A DNA stretch of 64,000 nucleotides. Source: an uncultured Gemmatimonadales bacterium (GTDB lineage: Bacteria; Gemmatimonadota; Gemmatimonadetes; Longimicrobiales; Gaopeijiaceae). The stretch covers positions 32,001-96,000 of the forward strand of contig CAWGKG010000012.1 in assembly GCA_963823035.1 (NCBI GenBank), read 5' to 3'. A program made the translations under genes and the position numbers. A model generated the notes under the pieces. That model saw only the letters and a list, made by a program, of their open reading frames with translations. It was not told the DNA's origin and ran no database searches. Below, one piece after another: positions 1 through 12,476 of this stretch; positions within the stretch are counted from its first letter, which is position 1; the number at the start of each line of letters is the position of its first letter.

Positions 1-547
1 CTGGACGGCGCGCCGAGGAGGGCCTCGCGCGATCATCTGACCGGCCTGGGCGCCTGTCCTACGGCGAGCTCGCCGGCCAGCGCATGAAGCTCGGCCTGAT
101 GCTGCACGACCCCGAGGAGGAGCACGACTGCTTCTCCGACAACACCCACAGGTCGCACTATCTACGACGTCGATGGGCATCCGGAACGTCTACACTGGGC
201 AGCTACACGCGCATCGACGGCAGCGTCGTCGCCGGCCCGAGCCTCGCCGACCTGGTGCGCGCGAAGCGACCCGGCGGTCGACCGACGCGATGCAGGACGC
301 CTGGACGCTCGGTGGCGCGCGATGACAAGGCACTGATCCGCGACCGTCGCCGAGGGCGGCAAGAGCCTACGACCAGATGCTCGGCCGAGGGCGACGCCGC
401 CGGCAACGCGCTGGTCCAGGCGTGCGATCGACGCCCTGAACGACGCAGACCCGCGGGATCGAGCGCGTCGTCGCGGCGCTCGGCCTGCAACGCCATCGCC
501 TCGAGGGCTCCGACAGCCTCGACGATCCCGACGCCGTGTTCCAGTGA
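1..547 (+). CDS. Imelysin family / iron-regulated protein A (IrpA/IcmP-like), 5'-truncated by window, frameshifted
   Basis: YGELAGQRMKLGLMLHDPEEEHDCFSDNTH motif; C-terminus ...EGSDSLDDPDAVFQ* with TGA at 545-547. Confidence 0.85.
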
Positions 548-560
548 GACGGTCGTCGCA

Positions 561-2112
561 GTGGCCGGCGCACGCACGCACTCGCGCGCCGGCCCTGCTT
601 GGCGCTGGCGCCGCTGCGTTGGTCCTGCCGTCGCGCCTGCTGCTGCGGCTGGACCGCGCCGACCGCGCTTGGCGCCGACGCCACCGCGATCACCGCGCCG
701 ACGACCGACTTCACCAAGCCCGAGCGCTACGAGACCAACCAGGGCGGCGCCGCGCACCTACCGCGCACGCGTCAACGCCGACGTCTTCTCCCAGCCGTCG
801 GCCAACATGTCGCTTCGAGCGACGCCTGCTGTTCAACGGTCGGCAACGGCTTGTTCCGCAGGTCTGGGTGACCGCGCCCGTCCTCGACCAGCCTCGGCCG
901 ACGGCCTGGGGCCGCTCTACAACGCGCGCGCCTGCCAGCGCTGCCACCTGAAGGACGGGCGCGGCCATCCGCCGGCCGCCAACTGGCCCGACGACAACGC
1001 GGTCTCGATGTTCCTGCGGCCTCAGCGTCGCCGCCGCACGACCGACGCCGAGCGCGACGCTGGTCGCAGCGGCCGGCATCAACGTCATGCCCGACCCGAT
1101 CTACGGCGGCCAGCTGCAGGACTTCGCCGATCCCCGGCACTGCGGCCGAAGGCCACATGGTCATCGACCTACGACGGAGATCCCGGTCGACGCTGGCCGG
1201 CGGCGAGACCGTCACCCTGCGCGCGCCGACCTACAGCGTCGCCGATCTCGGCTACGGCCCGCATGCGCCCGGACGCTGATGATGTCGCCGCGCGTGGCGC
1301 CGCCGATGATCGGGCTGGGCCTGCTGGAGGCGATCGCCCGAGCCGACATCCTGGCCCACGCCGATCCCGACGACGCGGACGGCGACGGCATCTCCGGGCG
1401 GCCAACCGGGTCTGGAGCGAGCGAACGCGGCGAGATCGACGCTCGGCCGCTTCGGCTGGAAGGCGGGCGAGCCCGACCTCGATGCAGCAGAGCGGCCAGC
1501 GCCTTCACCGGCGACATCGGCCTCTCAACGCCGCTATGTCCGCTGCCCTGCGGGCGACTGCACCGCAGGCCGAGGCGGCCTGCCTGGCCGCGCCCGCACG
1601 GCGACGGCGAGCCGACGGCGCTCGAGGCCGCCGCCGAGGTCATGGAGCACGTCGCTCTTCTACACCCGCAACCTGGCGGTGCCGGCGCGCCGCGACGTCG
1701 GCGATCCGGCGGTGCTGGCCGGCAAGGAGCTGTTCTACGACGCCGGCTGCATCGCCTGCCACGCGCCGAAATACGTCACCGCGACCGCTGCCCGATCAGC
1801 CCGAGCAATCGCATCCAGCTGATCTGGCCCTATACCGACCTGCTGCTGCACGACATGGGCGACGGCCTGGCCGACGGCCGGCCCGAAGGCGAGGCCACGG
1901 GCAGCGAATGGCGCACGCCGCCGCTGTGGGGCATCGGCCTGACCGAGACCGTCAGCGGCCACACCTACTTCCTGCACGACGGGCGCGCGCGCAGCCTGAC
2001 TGGAGGCGATCCTGTGGCATGGCGGCGAGGCCCAGGCGGCGCGCGACCGCTTCGCCGCCATGGCCACGGCCGACGCGCCGACGCTCTGATCACCTTCCTG
2101 GAGTCGCTGTGA
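561..2112 (+). CDS. Di-haem oxidoreductase family (DHOR, putative thiol oxidoreductase/peroxidase), frameshifted
   Basis: DGLGPLYNARACQRCH, second CxxCH (GCIACH near 1745), IWPYTDLLLHDMG, EWRTPPLWGIG, FLHDGRAR, end FLESL*; start approximate. Confidence 0.88.
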
Positions 2113-3220
2113 TGGCTGCCGCCGTCGACGCCTTGAAGTGCTCTCCTGCCGCCGGCCTGGTCGCCATGGCTGGCGCCCGGCCATCTTGTTCGCCGCCGAC
2201 CAACTGGCCGATGACGCTTTGCCGCCGTCAACCAACCTGGTCATCGGTACACGGCGCGCCCGCGCTATCCGGCTGTTCGCCGACGCCGCGTCGACGCTGC
2301 GCGGCACCCTTGACGGCATGCAGGCCGGCAAGGTCCCGCCTCGACCAGGCGTGCGGCGCCTTCGACAGCGCGCTCGAGGCCTGGATGGGCGTCCAGCACC
2401 TGCGCTTGGGCCGTCGAGGTAGAGGTGCGCGAGTTCCGCATCGAGTACTGGCCCGACAAGCAGAACCGCGTCGGCAAACAGCTCGACGAAGCGATCGCCA
2501 GCCAGCGGCCGGACCTGCTCGATCCCGCCGTGACTCGCCGGTGCCAGCGTCGCCCTGCAGGGCTTTCCCGGCGCTGGAGCGCCTGCTGTTCACGACCCGG
2601 TCGCACCCGGCAACTATGGCGGCAAGCTGGCCGCCGCGATCGGCGACAACCTGGCGACCATCGGCGGCGAGCTGGCGGCCGCCTGGCAGCCCGGCGCCAG
2701 CTTACCGCACGGCATGGTCGAGCCCGGCAGCGATCCAGATGCCGTATGCCACGGCGGCCCAGGACGACCGGCGCCTTGCTGACCGCCATGGCGACCCAGC
2801 TCGAGTTCGTCGCCGAGCGCAAGCTCGACGCGCCGCTGGGCGACACGCATCGACAAGGCCGGCCGCGCCTGGCCGAGTCCTGGCGCAGCGCGCCGCAGCA
2901 TGCCGCAACTGTCGCGTCAACCTGGACGCGCTGGCCGACCTCTTCGCCGGCCACGGCGTGCCGGGTCTGACGCGTTGTCGCCGAGGGCGCCGGACTGCCG
3001 ACGAGGCCACGACGGCGCTGATGACCGACCTCGACGACGCCATCGCCACGGCCTCGATCCTGCCGGACAGCATGGACGGGCTGCTCCAGACCGACGACGG
3101 GCGCGGCGCGCTCGCCGACGATCGCCGATCCGCTGAACGATGCGCGCCACGTGCTGATCGCGGCAGATCGCGCCGGCGCTTGGCCTCAACCTCGGGTTCA
3201 ACAGCCTCGATGGCGATTGA
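2112..3220 (+). CDS. Second imelysin family protein, frameshifted
   Basis: IEYWPDKQN, QG(F)PALE, RLAESWRS, C-terminal GFNSLDGD*; position typical of imelysin-DHOR-imelysin-DUF1513 operon. Confidence 0.8.
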
Positions 3221-4337
3221 CCGACGCAGTCTGCTCGCCGCCGTGGCCTCGCTGGTTCCCGCGAGCCTCCTGCGCCTCACCCCGGCGCACGCCGCGGCGA
3301 GCGTTCCGGCCGTGATCGGTGCTTGGCAGGACCCGACCGGCGGCTGCCATGCCGGCACCACGCGTTCGACCCTCGATGTTGGGCTGCCTGACCGCGGCCA
3401 CGACGTCGCACTGGCACCGGACGGCGCGACCGCCGTCGTCTTCGCCCGCCGCCCCGGCCGCTTCGCCGTCGTGCATCGACCTCTCGTCGGGCCGGGCGCA
3501 TGCAGACCGCTGTGGAAGCCAACCCGGGCGTCACTTCTACGGCCACGGCACGTTTTCGGCCGACGGCAGCCTGCTGTTCGCGACCGAGAACGCCTAGGAG
3601 ACCGGCGACGGCCGTATTGCGATCTACGACGTACGCGACGGTTACCGCCGGATCGGCGACTGGCCGAGCCACGGCATCGGCCCCCACGACATGACGCTGT
3701 CGGCCGACGGCAGCGCCCTCATCGTCGGCAACGGCGGCGTGCGCGACCCACCCCGACCACGACCGCGACAAGCTCAACCTGCAAGACCATGCAGCCTTGC
3801 GTCGCCCTGCTCGACGCCGCCGACGGCCGCCTGCTGGCCCAGGCCACGCCGCCCGCGGAGCTGCACCGGCTCTCGACACGCCATGTCGCGACGGCACCGG
3901 ACGGGCTGATCGCCGTCGGCATGCAATGGGAGGGCGACCTCGGCGATGCGGTGCCGCTGGTGGCGACCTGGGACGGTACGGGCGGGCTCGTCTTCGCCGA
4001 CGAGATGGCGCCAGCCAGCCTGGCGCTCGCCGGCTACACCGGCGCGATCGCCTTCGACGGCTCAGGCCGGACCATCGCCGCCACATCGCCGGTCGGGCAC
4101 AGCGTCGGCCTGTGGGCACGCGACGGCCTGGAGCCGCTGGCCAGCATCCCGATTCCGGAGACCTGCGGCCTGTGCGCCGACGATGGCGCCGGTAGCTTTC
4201 TCGCTTCTTCCGGCATCGGCGGCATCTTCCGGGTTACGGCCGACGGCACGAGCACGCCCCTGCCCGGCGACGCCATCGCGTCGCGCGGCTGGGACAACCA
4301 CCTGCGGCGGCTGATCCCCATCCGCGGTGACGCATGA
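3210..4337 (+). CDS. DUF1513 domain protein with Tat signal, frameshifted
   Basis: MAIDRRSLLA twin-arginine leader, RGH..VFARRPG, HFYGHG.FS.DG.LLFATEN, GIGPH, C-terminal WDNHL. Confidence 0.85.
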   Translation: MAIDRRSLLAAVASLVPASLLRLTPAHAAASVPAVIGAWQDPTGGCHAGTTRSTLDVGLPDRGHDVALAPDGATAVVFARRPGRFAVVHRPLVGPGACRPLWKPTRASLLRPRHVFGRRQPAVRDRERLGDRRRPYCDLRRTRRLPPDRRLAEPRHRPPRHDAVGRRQRPHRRQRRRARPTPTTTATSSTCKTMQPCVALLDAADGRLLAQATPPAELHRLSTRHVATAPDGLIAVGMQWEGDLGDAVPLVATWDGTGGLVFADEMAPASLALAGYTGAIAFDGSGRTIAATSPVGHSVGLWARDGLEPLASIPIPETCGLCADDGAGSFLASSGIGGIFRVTADGTSTPLPGDAIASRGWDNHLRRLIPIRGDA

Positions 4338-4348
4338 AAGCAAACGGC

Positions 4349-5401
4349 TCAGGCCCTCGCGGCGAGCACGATCACCCGGTCGACGGCGGCAGGGTCAGTG
4401 TTGAAGGCGGTGACCAGCCGGATCGAACCGCGGCCCTCGCCGTCCGGCGTGATCGGGTACAGGCCGATGCCGTCGGCGACCAGCGCATCGTAGGTCGCGA
4501 CCGGCATCTTCAGGAAGATCTCGTTGGCCTGGACCGGATAGACGAGATCGATGCCGTCGATCGCCGCAAGTCCCTCGGACAGGCGCGTGGCCTGGGCGTT
4601 GGCGTGGCCCGCCCAGGCAAGCCAGCGGCCGTCCTCCAGATAGGCTTCGAGCTGGCAGGAAAGGAAGCGCATCTTGCTGTAGAGCTGGCCGGCGCGCTTG
4701 TGCAGGCGGTGCAGGCCGGCAGGTGCTCCCGCATGTGGCCGAACACGACCATGCGCCTCGACCGCCAGGCAGCCGTTCTTGGTCGCGCCGAAGGAGAGCA
4801 CGTCGACGCCGGCCGCCAGGTCAGATCGGCCGGGCTGCAGCCCAGCGCCGCGACCGCGTTGGCGAAGCGCGCGCCGTCCATGTGGAAGGCAAGACCCAGC
4901 TCGCGCGCCAGCCGGCCGAAGCCCGCGACCTCGTCGACGCGAATAGAGTGTGCCGGTCTCGGTCGACTGGGTGATCGAAACGACCGTCGACGCATGCGGA
5001 TGGTGGACATCCTCGGCCGGGAAGCGGTTGCCGCCTTGCGCGCGGTCTCGACCGAAGCCTGCCGTTGTCGCTCGGCATCAGATGACGAGCTTGGCGCCGC
5101 CGGTAAAGAACTCCGGCCCGTTCGCCTCGTCGACACGATATGCGCGCTCCTCGCTGCAAAAGACCTCGCCCCAGGGCGGCGTCAGCAGGGAAAGGCACAG
5201 GCAGTTGGCGATCGTGCCGGTGCCGACCGGCAGGACCGAGACCTCGGTCCCGAACAGCTCGGAGAACCGCCGTTCGAGGCTGAGGCTCAGCGCGTCGTCG
5301 CCGTAGGAGTGGACGCCGCCCTCGTTGGCGGCGGCGATCGCCGCCAGAATCTCCGGCGCGATCCCGGTGACGTTGTCACTGCCGAAATGAGCCTTGGCCA
5401 T
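4349..5401 (-). CDS. ltaE: Low-specificity L-threonine aldolase, frameshifted
   Basis: HFGSDN, SYGDD, GTGTIAN, FHMDGARFANA, LSFGATKNG, SKMRF, ANEIF. Confidence 0.85.
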
Positions 5402-5732
5402 GGTCGTTCCCTGATTCGCTGCGCGGCACCAGCTCCAGGGTGCCGAGGACTTCTCCGGTCGCCCGGTCGACGGTCATGATGGTCTGCGCCCCGCCCGGCA
5501 GGTCGACCAGCAGGGAGAGCCGGTCGCCGTCGCCGGTCATGGCCGCGATGTGGCCGCCGGCCGGCAGCGCCACGGCGACATCGGCGAGCTTGTCGGCCGA
5601 CGCCGTCGTCGCGGGCGTGCTGACCTTGCCGACCTTGTTCGACGATCCCCACACCAGGACCACGACGAGTCCGACGATGACGAAGCCCAGGCCGATCACG
5701 ACGGCTTTGATCGTGGTATGACCGCGGTCCAT
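5376..5732 (-). CDS. Hypothetical single-pass membrane protein divergent from rluD
   Basis: MDRGHTTIKAVVIGLGFVIVGLVVVLVWG hydrophobic helix followed by beta-rich domain; 3' end uncertain. Confidence 0.65.
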   Translation of the reverse strand: MDRGHTTIKAVVIGLGFVIVGLVVVLVWGSSNKVGKVSTPATTASADKLADVAVALPAGGHIAAMTGDGDRLSLLVDLPGGAQTIMTVDRATGEVLGTLELVPRSESGNDHGQGSFRQ

Positions 5733-5786
5733 GGTGGTCTCCGACCCCGAAACTCCGGCATGGCGTGGCGGCAAAGGCAACGACCG

Positions 5787-6794
5787 TTGAGCGAACGACG
5801 TACCCTGGACCACTTGGTGACCGCGGAGCAGGCCGGCGGCCGGCTCGACCGCGTGCTGGCCGCAGGGCCATGCCGGAACTGTCGCGCGCCCGCATCCAGG
5901 CGCTGATCGAAGACGGCCGCCTGATTGCAGGCGGCGCGACGATAACGGACGCCAACTACCGGGTCAAACCGGGCGAGCGCCTGACCCTGAAGATCCCGCC
6001 GGCGCGCCCGGCGCGGCCCGAGGCCCAGGCGATTCCGCTCACCATCGTCTACGAGGACGACGACATCCTGGTCGTGTCGACAAGCCGGCCGGGCTGGTCG
6101 TCCACCCGGCCGCCGGGCAACCCGGACGGCACCCTGGTCAACGCCCTGATCGCCCATTGCGGCGACAGCCTGTCGGGCATCGGCGGCGAGAAGCGGCCGG
6201 GCATCGTCCACCGGCTGGACAAGGACACCAGCGGCCTGATGGTCGTCGCCAAGACCGACGCGGCCCATATCGCGCCTCTCCGCGCAGTTCGCCGCACGCG
6301 CACGCATCGACGCGCGCACTACGTCGCCCTGGTCTGGGGCGTGCCGCGCGCCGACCAGCGGGCGAGATCGAGGGCAACATCGGGCGCAGCCCGCGCAACC
6401 GCAAGAAGATGGCGGTGGTCGCAGCGCGGCGGCAAGCCGGCGCTGACCCGCTATCGCGGTCGAGCGCGGTCTGCGGGCGGCCGGCGCAGCCTGGTCGCCT
6501 GCCGGCTGGCGACCGGCCGCACCCACCAGATCCGCGTCCATATGGCCCATATCGGCCATCCGCGTGCTCGGCGACCCGCTCTACGGCGCGCGGCCGCCGG
6601 CCCGTCGCGCGAGCGCTGCCGAGCCGAGCGCGCGCGCGCTGGTCGGCGGCTTCGACCGCCAGGCGCTCCACGCCCGCCTGCTCGGCTTTCACCATCCCGC
6701 GACAGGTGAGCCTGCTGGACTTCGACAGCGTCCTGCCGGACGACATGGCGAGCGCTTGATCGAGGCTCTGGAGTCGACGTCTACCCTCAGCTGA
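5787..6794 (+). CDS. rluD: RluA/RluD family pseudouridine synthase, frameshifted
   Basis: S4 domain (RLDRVL, LSRARIQALI), RPGIVHRLDKDTSG, TGRTHQIRVH, GDPLYG, RQALHA; upstream of rpoH. Confidence 0.92.
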
Positions 6795-6800
6795 CATAAA

Positions 6801-6828
6801 GTTGACTTCTAGCAGTCGGATATATATC
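6801..6828 (+). promoter_or_regulatory. Candidate rpoH promoter
   Basis: AT-rich GTTGAC...TATATATC about 90 bp upstream of the rpoH start. Confidence 0.4.
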
Positions 6829-6917
6829 GACTCAGTGCCTGCCGCTACATCAGGAGGCATGCCTGCACTCCATCGCCCGGGCATGACGCCCGTGGCAGAC
6901 CGGAAGTAGGACGATCC

Positions 6918-7819
6918 ATGGCTCAGTTGCCAGCCTTCCCTGCATCGACGCCCGAGAGCAACCTGTCGCGGCTACCTGCAGCGAAATCCGCAAGTTCCCG
7001 ATGCTCGAGCAGGACGAGGAGTTCATGCTCGCCAAGCGCTGGCGGAGGACGGCGACTCCGAAGCCGCCCACGAGCTGGTGACCAGCCATCTGCGCCTGGT
7101 CGCCAAGATCGCCATGGGCTATCGCGGCTACGGCCTGCCGATCGCCGAGCTGATCTCCGAGGGCAACGTCGGCCTGATGCAGGCGGTCAAGCGGTTCGAC
7201 CCGGACAAGCGGTTTCCGCCTGGCGACCTACGCCATGTGGTGGATCCGCGCGGCGATCCAGGAATACATCCTGCATTCCTGGTCGCTGGTGAAGATGGGC
7301 ACCACGGCGGCGCAGAAGAAGCTGTTCTTCAACCTGCGCAAGCTGAAGGGCCAGATCCAGGCGATCGAGGAAGGCGACCTGCCGGCCCGAGACAGGTGAC
7401 CGAGATCGCCGACGCAGCTCGACGTGCCCGAGCAGGACGTCGTCTCGATGAACCGGCGCCTGTCGAGCCCCGACCATTCGCTCAACGCGCCGCTGCAGCA
7501 GGACGGCGACGGCGAGTGGCAGGACTGGCTGGTCGACGAGAGCGACAACCAGGAAGACACGCTCGCCGACCGCGAGGAACTGGACGAGCGCCGCGCAGCT
7601 GCTGGCCGAGGCGCCATGGAGAGCCTGAACGAGCGCGAGCGCCACATCCTCGACCGAGCGGCGCCTGACGGAGGACCCGACGACGCTGGAGGAGCTGTCG
7701 CCAGGAATACGGCATCAGCCGCGAGCGCGTGCGCCAGATCGAGGTCCGCGCCTTCGAGAAGCTGCAGAAGGCGGTCGCGCAACGCCGCCACGGAGCGGCG
7801 CAACGCGGTGGCGCAGTAG
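6918..7819 (+). CDS. rpoH: RNA polymerase sigma-32 factor, frameshifted
   Basis: [35 protein letters not shown], RpoH box ([17 protein letters not shown]), SRERVRQIE. Confidence 0.95.
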
Positions 7820-7827
7820 GCGAACGC

Positions 7828-8170
7828 CTACTGCTGCTGGCTTTGGCTCGCCGCGCTGGCGCTGTCAGGGCACTGCACGTCGAAGCACAGACCGTCGGTC
7901 TTGCGCTGGTCCGGGCTTTCCTGGCAGCAGATGTCCTCGACCGACTGGGCGCCGGCGTTCTCCGGCGCGACGGTCTGGTTGGCATCCGGCGCGGTCGAGA
8001 ACTCCATGATGACGATGTCGTCCTTGGGCTTGGGCTTCGGCGAGGTGTCGAACAGGCCCTGGGTGTCGTCGGCGAACTGCGCCCGGGCCGCGGTCGTGGC
8101 CCCGGCCAGCGCCAGGGCGCCTGCGACAAGTATCGCCAGGGGCCATCGGCGCGCTCGGTGATCCATTGGC
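7828..8170 (-). CDS. Hypothetical small secreted protein with 4 Cys
   Basis: GGAGGAG RBS before ATG, signal peptide ending ARA|Q, C-terminal CC-x12-C-x4-C. Confidence 0.6.
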
Positions 8171-8195
8171 ATCGCTCCTCCCGGCAACGGCTGCG

Positions 8196-9502
8196 TCAGT
8201 CGGCGAAGGGGTCGGTCACAGGATGGTGTCGTCGCGCTGCGGGCTGGTGGACAGCAGGGCCACCGGCGCCCCGATCAGCTCCTCGATGCGGCGGACGTAT
8301 TTGATGCGGTGGCCGGCAGCTCGGCCCAGGAGCGCGCGCCCTGGGTGCTTTCGCTCCAGCCTTCCAGGGTCTCGTAGATCGGCTCGACGCCGGCCTGCAC
8401 GTGGGGCGCGGCCGGCAGGTGGTCGAGCGTGTCGCCGCGGTAGCGATAGCCGATGCAGACCTTGAGCGTCGGCGATGCCGTCGAGCACGTCGAGCTTGGT
8501 CAGCGCGATGCCGTCGATGCCGCCGACCTTGATCGCCTGGCGCACCAGCACCGCGTCGAACCAGCCGCAGCGCCGCGGCCGGCCGGTCACCGTGCCGAAC
8601 TCGTGGCCGCGCTCGCCCAGAGGCTGGCCGATCTCGTTGTCGACTGCTCGGTCGGGAACGGCCCGGCGCCGACCCGGGTCGTGTAGGCCTTGGTGATGCC
8701 CAGCACGTAGTCGATGCGCGCCCGGCCCCATGCCGGCGCCGGCCGCCGCCTGCGCCGGCCACGGTGTTGGACGAGGTGACAAGGGATAGGTGCCGTGATC
8801 GACGTCGAGCAAGGCGCCCTGCGCGCCCTCGAACAGGATGCGCGCGCCCGCGCCGGCGCGCCTCGTCGAGCCGCCGCCAGACCGGCTCGGCGATAGGGCA
8901 GCAGTCTGCGGCGCGATCTCGCATGCAGGCTGTCGATCAGGCGCGTCGCGGTCGACCGGCTGCCGTCGCCCATGCCGCGGCGCAGCGCGTCGTGGTGCAG
9001 CAGCAGCATCGTCGACCTTGTGCGGCCAGGTCGCCTGGTCGGCCAGGTCGCAGACCCGGATGCGCGCGGCGCGCCACCTTGTCCTCATAGGCCGGCCCGA
9101 TGCCGCGCCCGGTCGTGCCGATCTTGCGCGCTCGCCGCGCGGCTCCTCGCGCGCGCGGTCCAGTCGCCGTGGAGCGGCAGGATCAGCGCCGCGTTCTCGG
9201 CGACCAGCAGGTTGTCCGGCGTCGATGGCGACGCCCTGGCTCTCGATCCGCTCGATCTCCTCGAACAGCGCCCAGGGATCGACGACGACGCCGTTGCCGA
9301 TGATCGACAGCTTGCCCGGCGCACCACGCCCGACGGCAGCAGCGACAGCTTGTAGGTCTGGTTGTCGATCGACCAGCGTGTGGCCGGCGTTGTGGCCGCC
9401 CTGGAAGCGCACGACCACGTCGGCGCGCTCCGACAGCCAGTCGACGATCTTGCCCTTGCCCTCGTCGCCCCATTGGGAGCCGACGACCGCTACGTTCGCC
9501 AT
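8196..9502 (-). CDS. purA: Adenylosuccinate synthase, frameshifted
   Basis: [63 protein letters not shown]. Confidence 0.97.
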
Positions 9503-9585
9503 CCGGACATACTCCCCGTTTTTGCAGGCGCGGGACTATACATGGCCGGGTGGAGGTTGAAAGGGCCAGACGCGCTCCTTCTGCC

Positions 9586-9608
9586 CAAGGGGATGTCATC
9601 CCCCCGGG
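9586..9608. terminator. Hairpin between serA and purA
   Basis: GGGGGATG/CATCCCCC inverted repeat. Confidence 0.4.
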
Positions 9609-9612
9609 ACGC

Positions 9613-11221
9613 TCAGAACACCAGCGGCACGGCCTGGCTCACGCCCTCGGCGGCCGCGGATCGCTCCAGCACCGCCGCGCGGAATGGCCTCGTCGACGCT
9701 GATCAGCGCGATGGCGTCGCCGCCCGGCCCGGCGCGGCCCAGGTGGAAGGTCGCGATGTTGACCCCGGCGTCGCCCAGGGTCTTGCCCAGAAAGCCGATG
9801 ATGCCCGGCACGTCCTCGGTTGGTGATGTAGAGCATGTGGCGGCTCAGCTCGGCCTCGACCCGGATGCCCTTGACCTCGACGATGCGCGGCCGGCTGTCG
9901 GCGAACAGGGTGCCCGCGACGACGCGGGTGCGGCGCTCGGTGCGTCACCGTCAGCCGTATCAGGGTCAGGTAGTCGCCGCGCCGGTCGTGGCTGACCTCC
10001 GAGACCGCGATGTCGCGCTGCCTGCGCGACCACCGGCGCGTTCACCATGTTGACCGATTCGACCATGGGCGCGAGCAGGCCGGCGAGCGCCGCCTGGCGT
10101 GAGCGGCCGGCGTGTTGAGCTCCGGCGACGTGGCCCTCGTACTCGATGGTGACGCGCGTTGACGCCGGTTTCGCGTGAGCTGGCCGGCGAAACTGCCGAG
10201 CTGCTGCGCGAGCGCCATGTAGGGCTTCAGCTGCGGCGCCTCCTCGGCGGTGATCGACGGGCATGTTGAGCGCGTTGCATGACGGCGCCGGTGAGCAGGT
10301 AGTCGGCCATCTGCTCGGCGACCTGGCAGGGCGACGTTCTCCTGGGCCTCGGCGGTGGAGGCGCCCAGATGCGGCGTCGCGACCACGTTCTCCAGCTCGA
10401 ACAGCGGGTTGCCGCGGGCGGCTCCGTCGGCGAAGACGTCGAGCGCGGCGCCGGCGACATGGCCGGCCTCGCAGGCCGCCTGCAGCGCCGCCTCGTCCAC
10501 GATCCCGCCGCGCGCGCAGTTGATGAGGCGCGACGCCGGGCTTGGTCCGCGCCAGCGGCGTCGGCGTCGATCAGGTCGCGGGTCGCATCGTTGAGCGGCG
10601 CGTGCAGCGTGATGACGTCGGCGCGCGCCAGCAGCTCGTCCAGGTCGACCCGCTCGACACCCAGGTCGCGCGGCCCGCTCGTCGGAGCAGGAAGGGATCG
10701 TAGGCGAGGACCCGCATGCGCAGGCCCGAGCGCCCGCTCGGCGACGATCGAGCCGATATTGCCGCAGCCGACCAGGCCCAGCACCTTGCCGGCGAGCTCG
10801 ATGCCGACGAAGCGGCGACTTCTCCCACTTGCCGCGCGCGCGTCGAGCGGTCGGCGGCCGGGATCTGGCGCGCCAGCGCCAACATCATGGCGATCGCATG
10901 CTCGGCCGTCGTGATCGGCGTTGCCGAAGGGCGTGTTCATGACGACGACGCCGCGCTGGGTGGCGGCGGCGACGTCGATGTTGTCGACGCCGATACCGGC
11001 GCGCCCGATGACCTTGAGCTCGGCTCGCCGCGGCCATGACCTCGGCGGTCGGCCTTGGTCGCGGAGCGCACGGCAGGCCGTCGTAGCCGCCGATCGCGGC
11101 GATCAGGGCGTCGGGCTTCATGCCGGTCTGCGACGTCGACCTCGATGCCGCGTTCGCGGAAGATGTCGGCGGCGTCCTGGCTCAGGGCGTCGGCGATCAG
11201 GACCTTCGGGCATGCGCTCAT
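9613..11221 (-). CDS. serA: D-3-phosphoglycerate dehydrogenase, frameshifted
   Basis: [41 protein letters not shown]-terminal ACT ([23 protein letters not shown]). Confidence 0.95.
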
Positions 11222-11258
11222 GACGCTGCTCCCGTCCTCGGACGTCGGTCTTCCGTGG

Positions 11259-12399
11259 CTAGCCCAGTCGAGCCAGGGCAGCAGCGCTTCGATATCGGCG
11301 GTGTCGACGGTGGCGCCGCCCCAGATGCGCAGGCCCGGCGGCGCGCTCGCGGTAGGCGCCGATATCGTAGGCGACGCCCTCGGCCTCCAGCAGCGTCGGC
11401 CATCGCCTTGGCACGGTCGGCCGGCGTCGGCGCATCGCACCAGGATCGTCGATCAGGCACATCGAGGTGCGGCGAGCGGGTGGCCGGATCCGCGGCCAGG
11501 AAGTCGATCCAGTCGTGCGCGTCGACCCAGCGGCGAGGGCGGCGAGATTGGCGTCGCGAGCGCGCGATCAGCGCCGTCGAGGCCGCCGATGCCGTTCGGC
11601 CCAGTGCAGGCCGTCGAGCGCATCCTCGACGCACAGCATGGAGGGCGTGTTGATGGTCTCGCCGCGCGAACACGCCTTCGATCAGCTTGCCGCCCTTGGT
11701 CAGGCGGAAGATCTTCGGCAGCGGCCGCGGCGGGACGTAGGTCTCCAGGCGCTCGACCGCGCGCGGGCTGAAGCACCAGCATGCCGTGGGCGCGCCTCGC
11801 CGCCCAGCACCTTCTGCCAGGACCAGGTGACGACGTCGAGCTTGTCCCAGGGCAGCGCCATGGCGAAGGCGGCCGAGGTCGCGTCGCAGATCGGCAAGCC
11901 CTTCGCGGTCGTCGGCGATCCAGTCGCCGTCGGGCACGCGCACGCCCGAGGTCGTGCCGTTCCAGGTGAAGACCACGTCGCGCGACCAGTCGACCTGCGC
12001 CGAGGTCCGGCAGCTCGCCGTATTCGGCCTCGAGGATGCGCGCGTCGTCGAGCGCGAGCTGCTTCGCGCACGTCGGTGACCCAGTCCTTGCCGAAGCTCT
12101 CCCAGGCCAGCATGTCGACGCCGCGCGGGCCGAGCAGCGACCACAGCGCCATCTCGACCGCGCCGGTGTCGGACGCCGGCACGATGGCCAACCGGTAGTC
12201 GTCGGGCAGGCCGAGCAGTCGCGCGTCTGCGTCGATCACCTCGGCGAGCTTCGCCTTGCCCGCCTTGGCGCGGTGCGAGCGGCCCAGGAACGCATCGTTC
12301 GAGCGCGGCGGGCGACCAGCCCGGCCGCTTGGCACAGGGGCCGGACGAGAAAAAGGGCCGTGCGGGACGGCGCGTCGGCTTGGCTTGGCTCATGGTCAT
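11259..12399 (-). CDS. serC: Phosphoserine aminotransferase (alphaproteobacterial type), frameshifted
   Basis: [64 protein letters not shown]. Confidence 0.95.
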
Positions 12400-12476
12400 G
12401 CGTCCGCGAGACGCGGATCCCCGGTCTGTGGTCAGGTCACTAGGGCAATCGCGGCGGGCGCGCGTTCCTTAGCACA

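Noticed and set aside
84..4337. 1417-aa ORF as a giant protein
   Set aside because: Stop-free frame that passes through four separate frameshifted genes; most of it is Arg/Pro/Ala-rich off-frame text.
12400..12476. serC leader RNA motif
   Set aside because: Only a short hairpin (TCCGCG-AGA-CGCGGA) is visible; it cannot be matched to the family without a covariance-model search.
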